Of a DNA stretch of 64,000 bases, positions 46,266 through 54,099 are shown one piece after another (the stretch's first letter is position 1; each line of letters starts with the position of its first letter). The position numbers were made by a program, and so were the translations under genes. Location: positions 12,611 through 76,610 of the forward strand of contig CBFIDD010000002.1 in NCBI GenBank assembly GCA_965661285.1, read 5' to 3'. This DNA is from Poseidonia sp. (GTDB lineage: Archaea > Thermoplasmatota > Poseidoniia > Poseidoniales > Poseidoniaceae). The notes under the pieces were generated by a model that saw only the letters and a list, made by a program, of their open reading frames with translations, did not search any database and was not told the origin of the DNA.

Positions 46266-49007
46266 TTAGCGTTTGGCGAATTTGTATCCAACGGATTGGT
46301 TCTTTTTCAGATAAAGCGTTGCAGAGAAGGGATTGTTGGTTTTCTTTGAAACAAAATCGTCAAACGGGCCCAACGAACCGGTCTCGATGAGTGTTTTCGC
46401 TTCCTCGCGGGTGATGTCCCGTTTTGAGATGCAACGAGAGATGTGGATCTTGCAGTTGGTGGATTTGTCTTCTGCAGTATAGTGTGTTTCCGTTTCGATG
46501 ATGTTCGCTTTCGATTTGGGACAAACCGCAACCACGCCCGGCTCAACCGGGAATTTCTTGGCGTCCGCTGCGGGGGCTCGCGGTGGGAAATCAAAGGAAA
46601 CACGATTTTTGTCGAGCATCAGGAAGGCGCTAAAGGGGCGGTTTCGGCGTGACGTGAAATCTTCGAGCAGAAGTGATTTTCCTTCCGTGAAGATTGGTTT
46701 CGCCTCCTCGGGCGTGATGGTGCGCTTGCACATCACGTTCTGCATGCCACGGAATTTGCAGTCGGGATTGTCGCAGTTGTAGGCGGATGGCGTGATTCTG
46801 ATGTTGCCGTGGTCGCATACCGGGCAAGGACACAGGACTTCGTCATCATCGCTGGTCCCACCTCCTGCGGCTCCTTTGCTTGCGACCTTTCCGTCTTTTG
46901 CAAGGACAACGGATGTTTCGTACCCCTCAGCAGATTGTGAAAAGAAGCCGTGGAGGTCATTGAGTTCTCCCGAAGCCAACAACCTCGTGGCCGTGGTGCG
47001 ATCGAACCACCGACCCGATGTGTCTTTCCAAAACACGAACGAACATCCTTTGTTTCGTCCTTCATTGTGTTCGCATTGGTAGGCCAGTGTGTTTTCTTTC
47101 ACCTCTCCACCGCATGCTGGACAAGCACCAAGACTCGGCTCCTCAAGGTAGAGTTGCTTGCGGTCATGGTCCCGAATAAGTTCCACCATGGATTGTGTTT
47201 GTTGGATGATTTTGTTCATGTAGGATTCCATGGGCTCTTCGCCGCGTTGAACAGCGAGGAGCGATGCTTCCATCTCTCCTGTCAGTTCAGGGGATGTAAT
47301 CCACTCGACCGGGATTCTTCGTAAGACATCAATCATTCGAATGCCGTGAGGCGAGGCACTGATGGTTCCATTGCGGGAGCGTCGGATGTAATTTCGACTG
47401 AGAAGTTTCTCAATGGTGTCGGCACGTGTTGCTGGGGTTCCCAAGCCCTTCTCTTTCATCGCTTCTGCGAGTTCATCATCCTCGATGTTCTTGCCAGCAT
47501 GTTCCATGAGTTGCAGGAGGCTCGCTTCTTTGAGGCGATTTTTTGGCTTGCTTTTTTCTTCAGAAAATTCATGCGAATCGAGGGTTGCGTCGCATGGATT
47601 GGCTGGGAGTTTCCCCCAGCCCTCCGGGACCTTGTCCTTCTTCGGGACAACTGCCCGCCAACCGGATATGGCCAACCGTTCCACTTGCTTGATGAATTGG
47701 TGCCCTTCTTTTGAGGTGATTCGCTTCGTAACCGTCCATTCAGACGCAGGGTGCCACGATGCCAAGAAATTACGAACAATCAAATCGTAGAGTTTCGCAT
47801 GGTCGCCGCCGAAATTGGTCGGTGGTGTCTGACCCGTGGGAACGATGGCATAGTGATCTGAAACCTTCGCATTGTTGTAATTCCGTTTGACGTTGGCCAA
47901 ACCCTCCGATTGCAGACGCTTGGTATGTTCGCTGTAGTCTGATTGTTTACCGATGTTGTCCAGTGTTTTGGCGACGGTTTCGTGCATGTCTTCGGGGAGA
48001 TATTTTGAATCTGTTCTCGGGTAGGTGGTCAATTTGAATTTGTCATAGAGGTCTTGTGCGACGCCCAGCGTACGCTTTGCTGACCAAGACCACAAACTGT
48101 TCGCTCGCTTCTGGAGTGTGGTCAAGTCAAAGTTGAGCGGTGGCTGTTCTTTCTTGGTTCGGTCTGTTTCTTCCGTAGAAAAGCCATTCTGTTCGGCCAA
48201 GATGGTTTCAATGGCATCTTTTTCAGCCGGGTCAATAATTCGGTGGGCTTTGAATTCGGGCCGCTCAGCATCGTCCTTGTGATTTGTCCGTTCCCAACGC
48301 GCTGTCCATGTCGCATCGCCTGCTGAAAAGGTTGCATTCAGTTGCCAGTACGGCACAGGAATGTGCGACAAGACCTCGAGTTCATGGTCAACGACAAGTG
48401 CCAGTGTTGCCGTTTGTACTCGACCAAGAGAGTTCGCCGAACGGTCTCGGTTCTGAGGGAGGCGTGTGGCGACACGAGAACCGTTCATTCCGATGATCCA
48501 ATCTGCTCTGGACCGGGAATACGCCGCGTCGCTCAAGGCCTGATAGGCCTCGCCCTGTTCTCGGTTCTCAAAGGCTTGCAGCATAGCGTCGTAGGTCATT
48601 GATTGCATCCACATTCGAGAGGTGGGTGTTTTTACTTTGGTGTGCTGCACGATGGTGCGGAAAATCAATTCGCCTTCTCTTGCAGCATCGCAGGCGTTGA
48701 CGATCTCTGTCACGGACTTGTCTTTGACGAGTTTCATGATGGCTGACAACTGCTTTTTCGCACGCCCACCTTTTGGTTTGTATTGAAAGGATTCGGGAAT
48801 GTAGGGGAGACGGTCAATGGTTTTCCTCCAATTCTTGAACGCCTCATCATAGTCGTCCATGTATTTCAGTTCGAGAAGATGTCCAATGGCCCACGTGATG
48901 ATGATATCATCGCTGTGCCAGTGTGTTTCTGTTTTTTTCCCGACGCCGAGAACATTTGCCAAGTCCTCGGCAACACTGGGTTTCTCAGCAATGATGACGA
49001 TGGACAT
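46266..49007 (-). CDS. topA: type IA DNA topoisomerase (topo I/III-like) with Zn-ribbons and two C-terminal Topo_C repeats
   Basis: Toprim domain IVIIAEKPSVAEDL and active-site Tyr motif TTYPRTDSKYL. There are several CxxC ribbons (CPACGGEV, CPCPVCDHG). The terminal repeats are FTSRRNRPFSAFLMLDKN and FVSKKTNNPFSATLYLKKN. Confidence 0.9.
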   Translation of the reverse strand: MSIVIIAEKPSVAEDLANVLGVGKKTETHWHSDDIIITWAIGHLLELKYMDDYDEAFKNWRKTIDRLPYIPESFQYKPKGGRAKKQLSAIMKLVKDKSVTEIVNACDAAREGELIFRTIVQHTKVKTPTSRMWMQSMTYDAMLQAFENREQGEAYQALSDAAYSRSRADWIIGMNGSRVATRLPQNRDRSANSLGRVQTATLALVVDHELEVLSHIPVPYWQLNATFSAGDATWTARWERTNHKDDAERPEFKAHRIIDPAEKDAIETILAEQNGFSTEETDRTKKEQPPLNFDLTTLQKRANSLWSWSAKRTLGVAQDLYDKFKLTTYPRTDSKYLPEDMHETVAKTLDNIGKQSDYSEHTKRLQSEGLANVKRNYNNAKVSDHYAIVPTGQTPPTNFGGDHAKLYDLIVRNFLASWHPASEWTVTKRITSKEGHQFIKQVERLAISGWRAVVPKKDKVPEGWGKLPANPCDATLDSHEFSEEKSKPKNRLKEASLLQLMEHAGKNIEDDELAEAMKEKGLGTPATRADTIEKLLSRNYIRRSRNGTISASPHGIRMIDVLRRIPVEWITSPELTGEMEASLLAVQRGEEPMESYMNKIIQQTQSMVELIRDHDRKQLYLEEPSLGACPACGGEVKENTLAYQCEHNEGRNKGCSFVFWKDTSGRWFDRTTATRLLASGELNDLHGFFSQSAEGYETSVVLAKDGKVASKGAAGGGTSDDDEVLCPCPVCDHGNIRITPSAYNCDNPDCKFRGMQNVMCKRTITPEEAKPIFTEGKSLLLEDFTSRRNRPFSAFLMLDKNRVSFDFPPRAPAADAKKFPVEPGVVAVCPKSKANIIETETHYTAEDKSTNCKIHISRCISKRDITREEAKTLIETGSLGPFDDFVSKKTNNPFSATLYLKKNQSVGYKFAKR

Positions 49008-49099
49008 ATGATGATTGCGCACCGATGACCGTACTTGAACCCTCCTTTGAGGGCGAGATGCAATCGGTCACGCACATGAAATGTCTCATTTCATGAGGT

Positions 49100-49528
49100 T
49101 CAATCATCTCGGTTTTGCATCTTTTTCCGACTCGCATGTTCGTCCCAATCATCTTCTGTATGTGGGCCACCGCAACCCAGGCATCCCGGATACCCTGCAT
49201 CCAAGAGGTCGCCCATGACCGCTGCTATAGATTGCCAACCTGATTCCACATCCATGGGCACCCAGACCGTTTCAAGCGGCGGTTCTCCTTCACAACAAAC
49301 GGCCAGTGTGCTTGACTGATGCGGCAGGTTGAGCTCGATCGAGCCATCATTCATTGGGGTGAATTCCAGAAAATTCGTTCGCGAGGGTTGGACATCACCC
49401 AGTCGTATGTTCAACGCATGGAGAAGTGGTTCCAGCCACGTCGGGCCGCTCACCACCAACCCTTCGGTTCTCAAGAGGATTCGTCCAAACTCTCGAACCG
49501 CAGGCCAGCGAGGGTCCGTTATTCGCAT
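49100..49528 (-). CDS. hypothetical protein (143 aa)
   Basis: ORF trimmed to MRITDPRW so that it does not overlap pyrD. The C-terminus has GCLGCGGPH. No family recognised. Confidence 0.35.
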   Translation of the reverse strand: MRITDPRWPAVREFGRILLRTEGLVVSGPTWLEPLLHALNIRLGDVQPSRTNFLEFTPMNDGSIELNLPHQSSTLAVCCEGEPPLETVWVPMDVESGWQSIAAVMGDLLDAGYPGCLGCGGPHTEDDWDEHASRKKMQNRDD

Positions 49529-49582
49529 GTTTTCTTCCAAGCAGAGGCAAGTCTTGAAGGATGGCGTGCCAAACCACCACTC

Positions 49583-50719
49583 ATGGGCGTTGGCTATCGT
49601 TGGTTTGGACGCCCATTGTTGCGTTTTCAAGACTCCGAAAGAGCGCACGCACGCTCGTTATCACTTCTACGCCTCTTTTCCACAAACCCGCTTACACGAG
49701 TGGCTTTGAAAATCCTATACAAACCACGTCGCTCTCTCCCCGTTGAATTATTCGGCCACACCTACACCCATCCCTTTGGCCTTGCAGCAGGCATGGACAA
49801 GAACGCCAAAGCTCTCCTGGGTTGGGAAGCAACGGGTTTGGCCTTTGTCGAAATCGGTGGTGTTACGATGTTGGAACAAACCGGCAACCCCAAACCGAGA
49901 ATGTTTCGAGCGCCAAAGGCTCAAGCGCTTGTCAATCGGATGGGGTTCAACAACGATGGAAGTGAAAAAATTCAATCGGCACTCAGGCGTCATTTCGAAC
50001 GACACGGCCGCCCAGGAATCCCTCTTTGGGTCAATCTTGGCAAATCCAAAGTGACACCCCTTGATGAGGCGCCTGCCGATTATGCCACCACCATGGAGCG
50101 ACTTTGGGAGTATGGGGACGTGTTTGTCATCAATGTCTCTTCCCCCAACACACCAAATCTCCGGGAACTTCAGGGTGACGAGGGGCTCAAAACGATTCTT
50201 TTGGCTTGCCATGGCGTCAACAATCGTCGTTCTGAGGAAACGAATGCGGACAAGAAGCCTGTGCTGGTCAAAGTTGCCCCCGACATGACGGCGCAGCAAC
50301 TCGTTCACATCGCAAGAACCGCGAAAGAAAACGGAGCAGACGGCATCGTTGTCTCCAACACCACGGTCGAGCGCCCGACGGCAACACATGGTCGAGACAA
50401 GGCGGTTTTTTCTCAGAAAGGAGGCTTGAGCGGTCAGCCCCTCAAGGAACGCTCTACGGCCATGATTCGAACGGTCAGAGAGGCCACAGGACCGGAATGG
50501 CCCATCATCGGCGTTGGTGGTATTGCTTCTGCAGATGATGCCTGGGAAAAATTAGAGGCTGGGGCCACCCTTCTCCAAGCCTATAGCGGGTTTGTGTTTG
50601 AGGGCCCAGCCTTGACCAAAAGCGTCGTTCATGGACTTCACAAGCGGCTTGAAGCGTCGACCCACGAGACTGTAGCCGATGTGGTCGGGTCCTCAGTACG
50701 AACAAAAGAGGATTTGTAA
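49583..50719 (+). CDS. pyrD: dihydroorotate dehydrogenase (quinone), class 2
   Basis: The class-2 N-terminal extension (RPLLRFQDSERAHARSL resembles LF.LDPE.AH) is present, plus GLAAGMDKN, FVEIGGVT, NRMGFNNDG, NVSSPNTP, VSNTT and IGVGGI. The start is set at 49583. Confidence 0.88.
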   Translation: MGVGYRWFGRPLLRFQDSERAHARSLSLLRLFSTNPLTRVALKILYKPRRSLPVELFGHTYTHPFGLAAGMDKNAKALLGWEATGLAFVEIGGVTMLEQTGNPKPRMFRAPKAQALVNRMGFNNDGSEKIQSALRRHFERHGRPGIPLWVNLGKSKVTPLDEAPADYATTMERLWEYGDVFVINVSSPNTPNLRELQGDEGLKTILLACHGVNNRRSEETNADKKPVLVKVAPDMTAQQLVHIARTAKENGADGIVVSNTTVERPTATHGRDKAVFSQKGGLSGQPLKERSTAMIRTVREATGPEWPIIGVGGIASADDAWEKLEAGATLLQAYSGFVFEGPALTKSVVHGLHKRLEASTHETVADVVGSSVRTKEDL

Positions 50720-50741
50720 GGGTTCAACGGTTGGGAACATC

Positions 50742-51140
50742 GTGTGGGCAAGGCGTACTCGGATTCTTGCCATTGGTGCTCTGCTGACCGTTGGTTTACT
50801 CGCAACCGTACTGCTGCAGTCTCCGGCCCCGACACAAACAGTGGATGAGTTGATGCGCTCACCTTCCGAACACCTCGACCAAGACGTAGCGGTTCGAGGT
50901 GAGGTGATGGATGGAACCATCGACAATTCCACCATGACCTTTGTTTTGGAGGGAGCAACGTCCACGTTGACGGTTCGATTTACCGATGCCATGGTATCCA
51001 ACGGTCTGGATGATAACAGAACCGTCTACGCTGAAGGCGTCTTGCGGTACGAAGACGGATCGTACGTCTTTGATGCCAATGTCATCAAGACATCATGCCC
51101 CTCAAAATACGAAGAAGCGGCGGAAGACGAGGGCGAATGA
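50742..51140 (+). CDS. ccmE: cytochrome c maturation haem chaperone CcmE, archaeal CxxxY variant
   Basis: N-terminal anchor RRTRILAIGALLTVGLLATVLL, then an OB-fold pattern (VAVRGEVMDGTI...TFVL.....L.V.F......G......VYAEGVL..EDG.F.A..V.TSCPSKYE). This parallels E. coli CcmE (RVGGMV..GSV...F.I.D....V.V.Y.G.LPDLF.EGQGVV..G......A.EVLAKHDENY), with Cys replacing the haem-binding His. GTG start at 50742 avoids overlap with pyrD. Confidence 0.7.
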   Translation: MWARRTRILAIGALLTVGLLATVLLQSPAPTQTVDELMRSPSEHLDQDVAVRGEVMDGTIDNSTMTFVLEGATSTLTVRFTDAMVSNGLDDNRTVYAEGVLRYEDGSYVFDANVIKTSCPSKYEEAAEDEGE

Positions 51141-51153
51141 CGCTGCGTTGGCT

Positions 51154-51160
51154 TCATATA
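51154..51160 (+). promoter_or_regulatory. candidate TATA box for SRP RNA
   Basis: TCATATA lies about 27 nt upstream of the predicted 5' end of the SRP RNA. Confidence 0.3.
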
Positions 51161-51183
51161 GGCTGAGCACCGGCCCGTGGATG

Positions 51184-51488
51184 GGATAGGTGGGGAGCTC
51201 GGCGTACCCTGTATCACAAATCGTCGTTATGGTGGACCGAACGCCTTGGGGCGGCGAAAGCGGCCGTGGGGTTCCCGTAGGCGGACGTTGATGTCTCGCC
51301 CCCACATGACTCGGGTGTCATGAACCGTCTCCGGAAGGAAACGGTGAGTGAATAACCGGGGGACTAGGTCAGGCCGGGAACGGAGCAGCCCTACCTGGGG
51401 CCATGGGTGCTGTGGGGATTCGGGATGGAGGAAGCTTGCGGATTTGGCCTTGCGAAGCGCACGTCCACCCTTGGCACTCCCACCTCAA
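51184..51488 (+). ncRNA. ffs: signal recognition particle RNA (archaeal 7S RNA, ~300 nt; ends approximate)
   Basis: The conserved helix-8 motif AGGTCAGGCCGGGAACGGAGCAGCC (51366-51390) includes a GGAA tetraloop. A helix-6-like TCCGGAAGGA is present. The Alu-domain 5' sequence GGTGGGGAGCTCGGCGTACCCTGTA resembles M. jannaschii 7S RNA. The 5' GGTGGGGAG pairs with the 3' CTCCCACC (51478-85). No credible ORF in a 340-bp gap. Confidence 0.85.
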
Positions 51489-51979
51489 ATGTCGAAGACA
51501 ACATCAGCGTACCAGCCCGGGCCTTCGAAATCAGGAACATCTTCCCAGCGACTGACAACCTGTTCGCCACCGCTGACTTCAGCTACAACAAGGTTGTGGG
51601 TTGTCACGGCTTTGATTTCTATTTCCCGTTCAATATGGTTGGCTTCAACCCATGAGACATGGGCCACAGCAAGGAGGCCGTGATCATCGTGTTCAATCCT
51701 TACAAGACCGTCAACATACCACTCCGCATGCACTTCTGCGCGATACAGAATCTCATCCAACCATGCCAAGTAGAGAAAATGCGGGTCTGTTGGATGGTGT
51801 TGCGAACGGACACGCCATTCTCCTGAGTGGCGCACATGTCGATTGATACTTTTGGCGGCGTTCTCGCTCATAAGGTAGGTTTGCACACCGTGAGCCGCTT
51901 CGCTTAACAAACTTGCAAGGTCTTTGGCGTACACACGCATGCCGATATCGGCGGTGGTCGGCCATAACCATGCACTCAT
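51485..51979 (-). CDS. archease (RtcB activator / tRNA-modification chaperone family)
   Basis: N-terminal TADIGMRVYAKDLASLLSEAA and C-terminal EIKAVTTHNLVV...WYADVVFDI match the archease signature (ADiG..v.g.....lF..aa ... iKavTyH.l.v......a.vv.Di). Confidence 0.85.
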   Translation of the reverse strand: MSAWLWPTTADIGMRVYAKDLASLLSEAAHGVQTYLMSENAAKSINRHVRHSGEWRVRSQHHPTDPHFLYLAWLDEILYRAEVHAEWYVDGLVRIEHDDHGLLAVAHVSWVEANHIEREIEIKAVTTHNLVVAEVSGGEQVVSRWEDVPDFEGPGWYADVVFDI

Positions 51980-51988
51980 GGATTCACC

Positions 51989-53059
51989 TTATCGTTTGGA
52001 GACTTGGAGATTCCATACATGCTCACCGACGCGATGAACCAAATCATCTCGGCTCAAGACAAAGGCATCTGTTCGCTCTGCTGCGAGGATGCATTCGCAG
52101 GCTGCATTGGCAAGCAGAGCCGTGGAATGGACATCCAAGTTTCGAGATAAAGAAAAGGCGATGGCTACGGCGGCGGCGTCAATCAAACCGATCATCTGGC
52201 GCAGGTCGACCAAACCACACGGTGCATGAACGGTTTCTTCTTCAGCGGAATAGATGGTGACGCCTGCTTCACCTGACAGCACCACAAGATGATTCCACTT
52301 GTATTGGGCAATCAATTTCTCTGCAGCCTCTGCGCCGGTGCTTGCTCCTACTCTTCGCCTCATCAACTCGAGGCCTTGTGATTGGAATAAAATCCAGTCC
52401 ACGCCTTCCGTGCGGTGGAGGCCGGTTAATTTTGGGTCGGCGATGACCGGTATTCCCTGCTCTCTTGCGGCAGCGAACAATACTGCAGCTCCTTTGTCGG
52501 TGATGACGCCCTGACCGTAATCTGATGCGATGAGGGCGGAGGCGCCCTCCAAATCATCGATCGCTTGTTCATACAAGGCTTCGGAGGCTTCCAAGGGGAC
52601 GGGGTCGTCCTCTTCGATGTCCCACCGAAGCAAGAGTTGTTCATCGCGAATGAGGCTTTCACGTGATGCGAGCATGCGGGTTTTGACCGTGGTTGTGCGC
52701 TCTTCAACGATGGCGATGCCGTGGGTGGTGACGCCCTCGTTTTCAAGCGATTCAATGATGCTTAACCCCGCTCCATCGTCGCCAACCACGCCGAAGAGGT
52801 GGCTTTCTAACCCCATAGACCTCAACCCTCTGGCAACGTGCGCTGCTGCTCCGACATCTTCCTCCCGTGATGTCTCACGAAGCACCGGGACAGGAGCACG
52901 GGAATTCAGGTTGTTCGCGTAGCCGTGAATGTAGCAATCCATCATGACATCGCCGATCAAGACAATTTTCGCCGTATCCTCGGAGCGGAGGTGTCGTTTC
53001 AAATCAGAGAGTGTGTCGTGCAATGTTGCTTCTTCATCGGTCATTCCCATGTGCTTCAC
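51989..53059 (-). CDS. PfkB-family sugar kinase, HldE/RfaE domain-I-like
   Basis: KIVLIGDVMMDCYIHGY....SRAPVPVL....E.DVGAAAHVARGL..MG parallels the heptose-7-phosphate kinase N-terminus (vlViGDvMLD.Y..G...RiSPEAPVPV). The C-terminal anion-hole region is VDLRQMIGLIDAAAVA, a variant of GAGD with the Asp retained. Confidence 0.75.
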   Translation of the reverse strand: MKHMGMTDEEATLHDTLSDLKRHLRSEDTAKIVLIGDVMMDCYIHGYANNLNSRAPVPVLRETSREEDVGAAAHVARGLRSMGLESHLFGVVGDDGAGLSIIESLENEGVTTHGIAIVEERTTTVKTRMLASRESLIRDEQLLLRWDIEEDDPVPLEASEALYEQAIDDLEGASALIASDYGQGVITDKGAAVLFAAAREQGIPVIADPKLTGLHRTEGVDWILFQSQGLELMRRRVGASTGAEAAEKLIAQYKWNHLVVLSGEAGVTIYSAEEETVHAPCGLVDLRQMIGLIDAAAVAIAFSLSRNLDVHSTALLANAACECILAAERTDAFVLSRDDLVHRVGEHVWNLQVSKR

Positions 53060-54045
53060 CTCTGGTGTTCGTCTCTCAAATCTTCCATGATTCGTTCGTG
53101 CTCTGCTTCGGAAATTCCCAACGTTCCACGCAGTGTTCGCAAGATGGCGTGTTCATCTGCCGTAATGACTCGGTCTTGCATGGCTGTGCGAACAGCGGCA
53201 GCGTAGGTGTGGTATTGTTCGGAAACTACCGGGGTGTTGCGTGCCCGCTCAAGGAGGGTGTTATGGGTAAACTGGTCAATGCCGAAATGAACCCGAAAAG
53301 TGTTGAGCAGGTCAATTTCCTCTTGGACGATCTCACCATCATCCAGGGCTTGGAGGATCATATCGTAATACACCTCCTCTGGCGGGGGTATTTTGAGCGC
53401 CTTTCGCGCTTCTGTGGACAAACGGCGCACACGTTCCGGGTGCATGCCGAGGAATTCAACGACCTCGTTGAGCAGGGACTGTTCATCTCTTGTGATCTTC
53501 CCATCCTCCCATGCCCTCGCAAACATTCTCTGAACCAGCTGCTCGCCGTACTGTGCATCGAGGGACGCTACGCCTTCCGGATTTGACACCGGAGAGACCA
53601 GGGCGGATGAATGGAAGTTCATGCCCTCATCAACATGCGACAACAGCTCAAGAATCGGTTGGGGAGATGTCCACAGCGATTGCAATTTGACCGTCGTGTC
53701 GATATGCTGAACCTGCTTTGCTAGAATCCCGTCCTTGAGGGATTCTGCTCGCTCACGACCGATGGCTGTGAGCGTGTAGACTCGTTTTCGTTGCTTTCCA
53801 CCGGGTATGTGCCGTTGGGCCACATCGAGCAGACCGTTTCTTTCCATTCGCTTCAGTGTACGAGGAATGTGTTTGCGTTGAACGTGGACTGCAGCCGATA
53901 TCCCGGCTTGCGTCAAAATGGCGGGGGCTTCCCACCCGCCGCTAGGCAATTGTTGGTTGATGAGGTGGAGAAGCGTACGCTCCTCGGTGGTGAGTGTACC
54001 GAGAAACCCATCCACCATGATGCTGGGGCTGAGAAGGTAGCACAT
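53056..54045 (-). CDS. winged-helix DNA-binding protein with three TerB-like DG.I...E..LL......LGI repeats
   Basis: The N-terminal wHTH is MarR/PadR-like (ILTQAGISAAVHVQRKHIPRTLKRMERNGLLDV...KQRKRVYTLTAIG). Three repeats follow: DGKITRDEQSLLNEVVEFLGM, DGEIVQEEIDLLNTFRVHFGI and DRVITADEHAILRTLRGTLGI. The start is trimmed to 54045 (or 54018). Its stop overlaps the kinase start by 4 nt. Confidence 0.55.
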   Translation of the reverse strand: MCYLLSPSIMVDGFLGTLTTEERTLLHLINQQLPSGGWEAPAILTQAGISAAVHVQRKHIPRTLKRMERNGLLDVAQRHIPGGKQRKRVYTLTAIGRERAESLKDGILAKQVQHIDTTVKLQSLWTSPQPILELLSHVDEGMNFHSSALVSPVSNPEGVASLDAQYGEQLVQRMFARAWEDGKITRDEQSLLNEVVEFLGMHPERVRRLSTEARKALKIPPPEEVYYDMILQALDDGEIVQEEIDLLNTFRVHFGIDQFTHNTLLERARNTPVVSEQYHTYAAAVRTAMQDRVITADEHAILRTLRGTLGISEAEHERIMEDLRDEHQR

Positions 54046-54099
54046 AGGACAATCGGTTTCGTGCGACGGAATCAAAAGCGCAGGAGCCGTGGGGAAACC

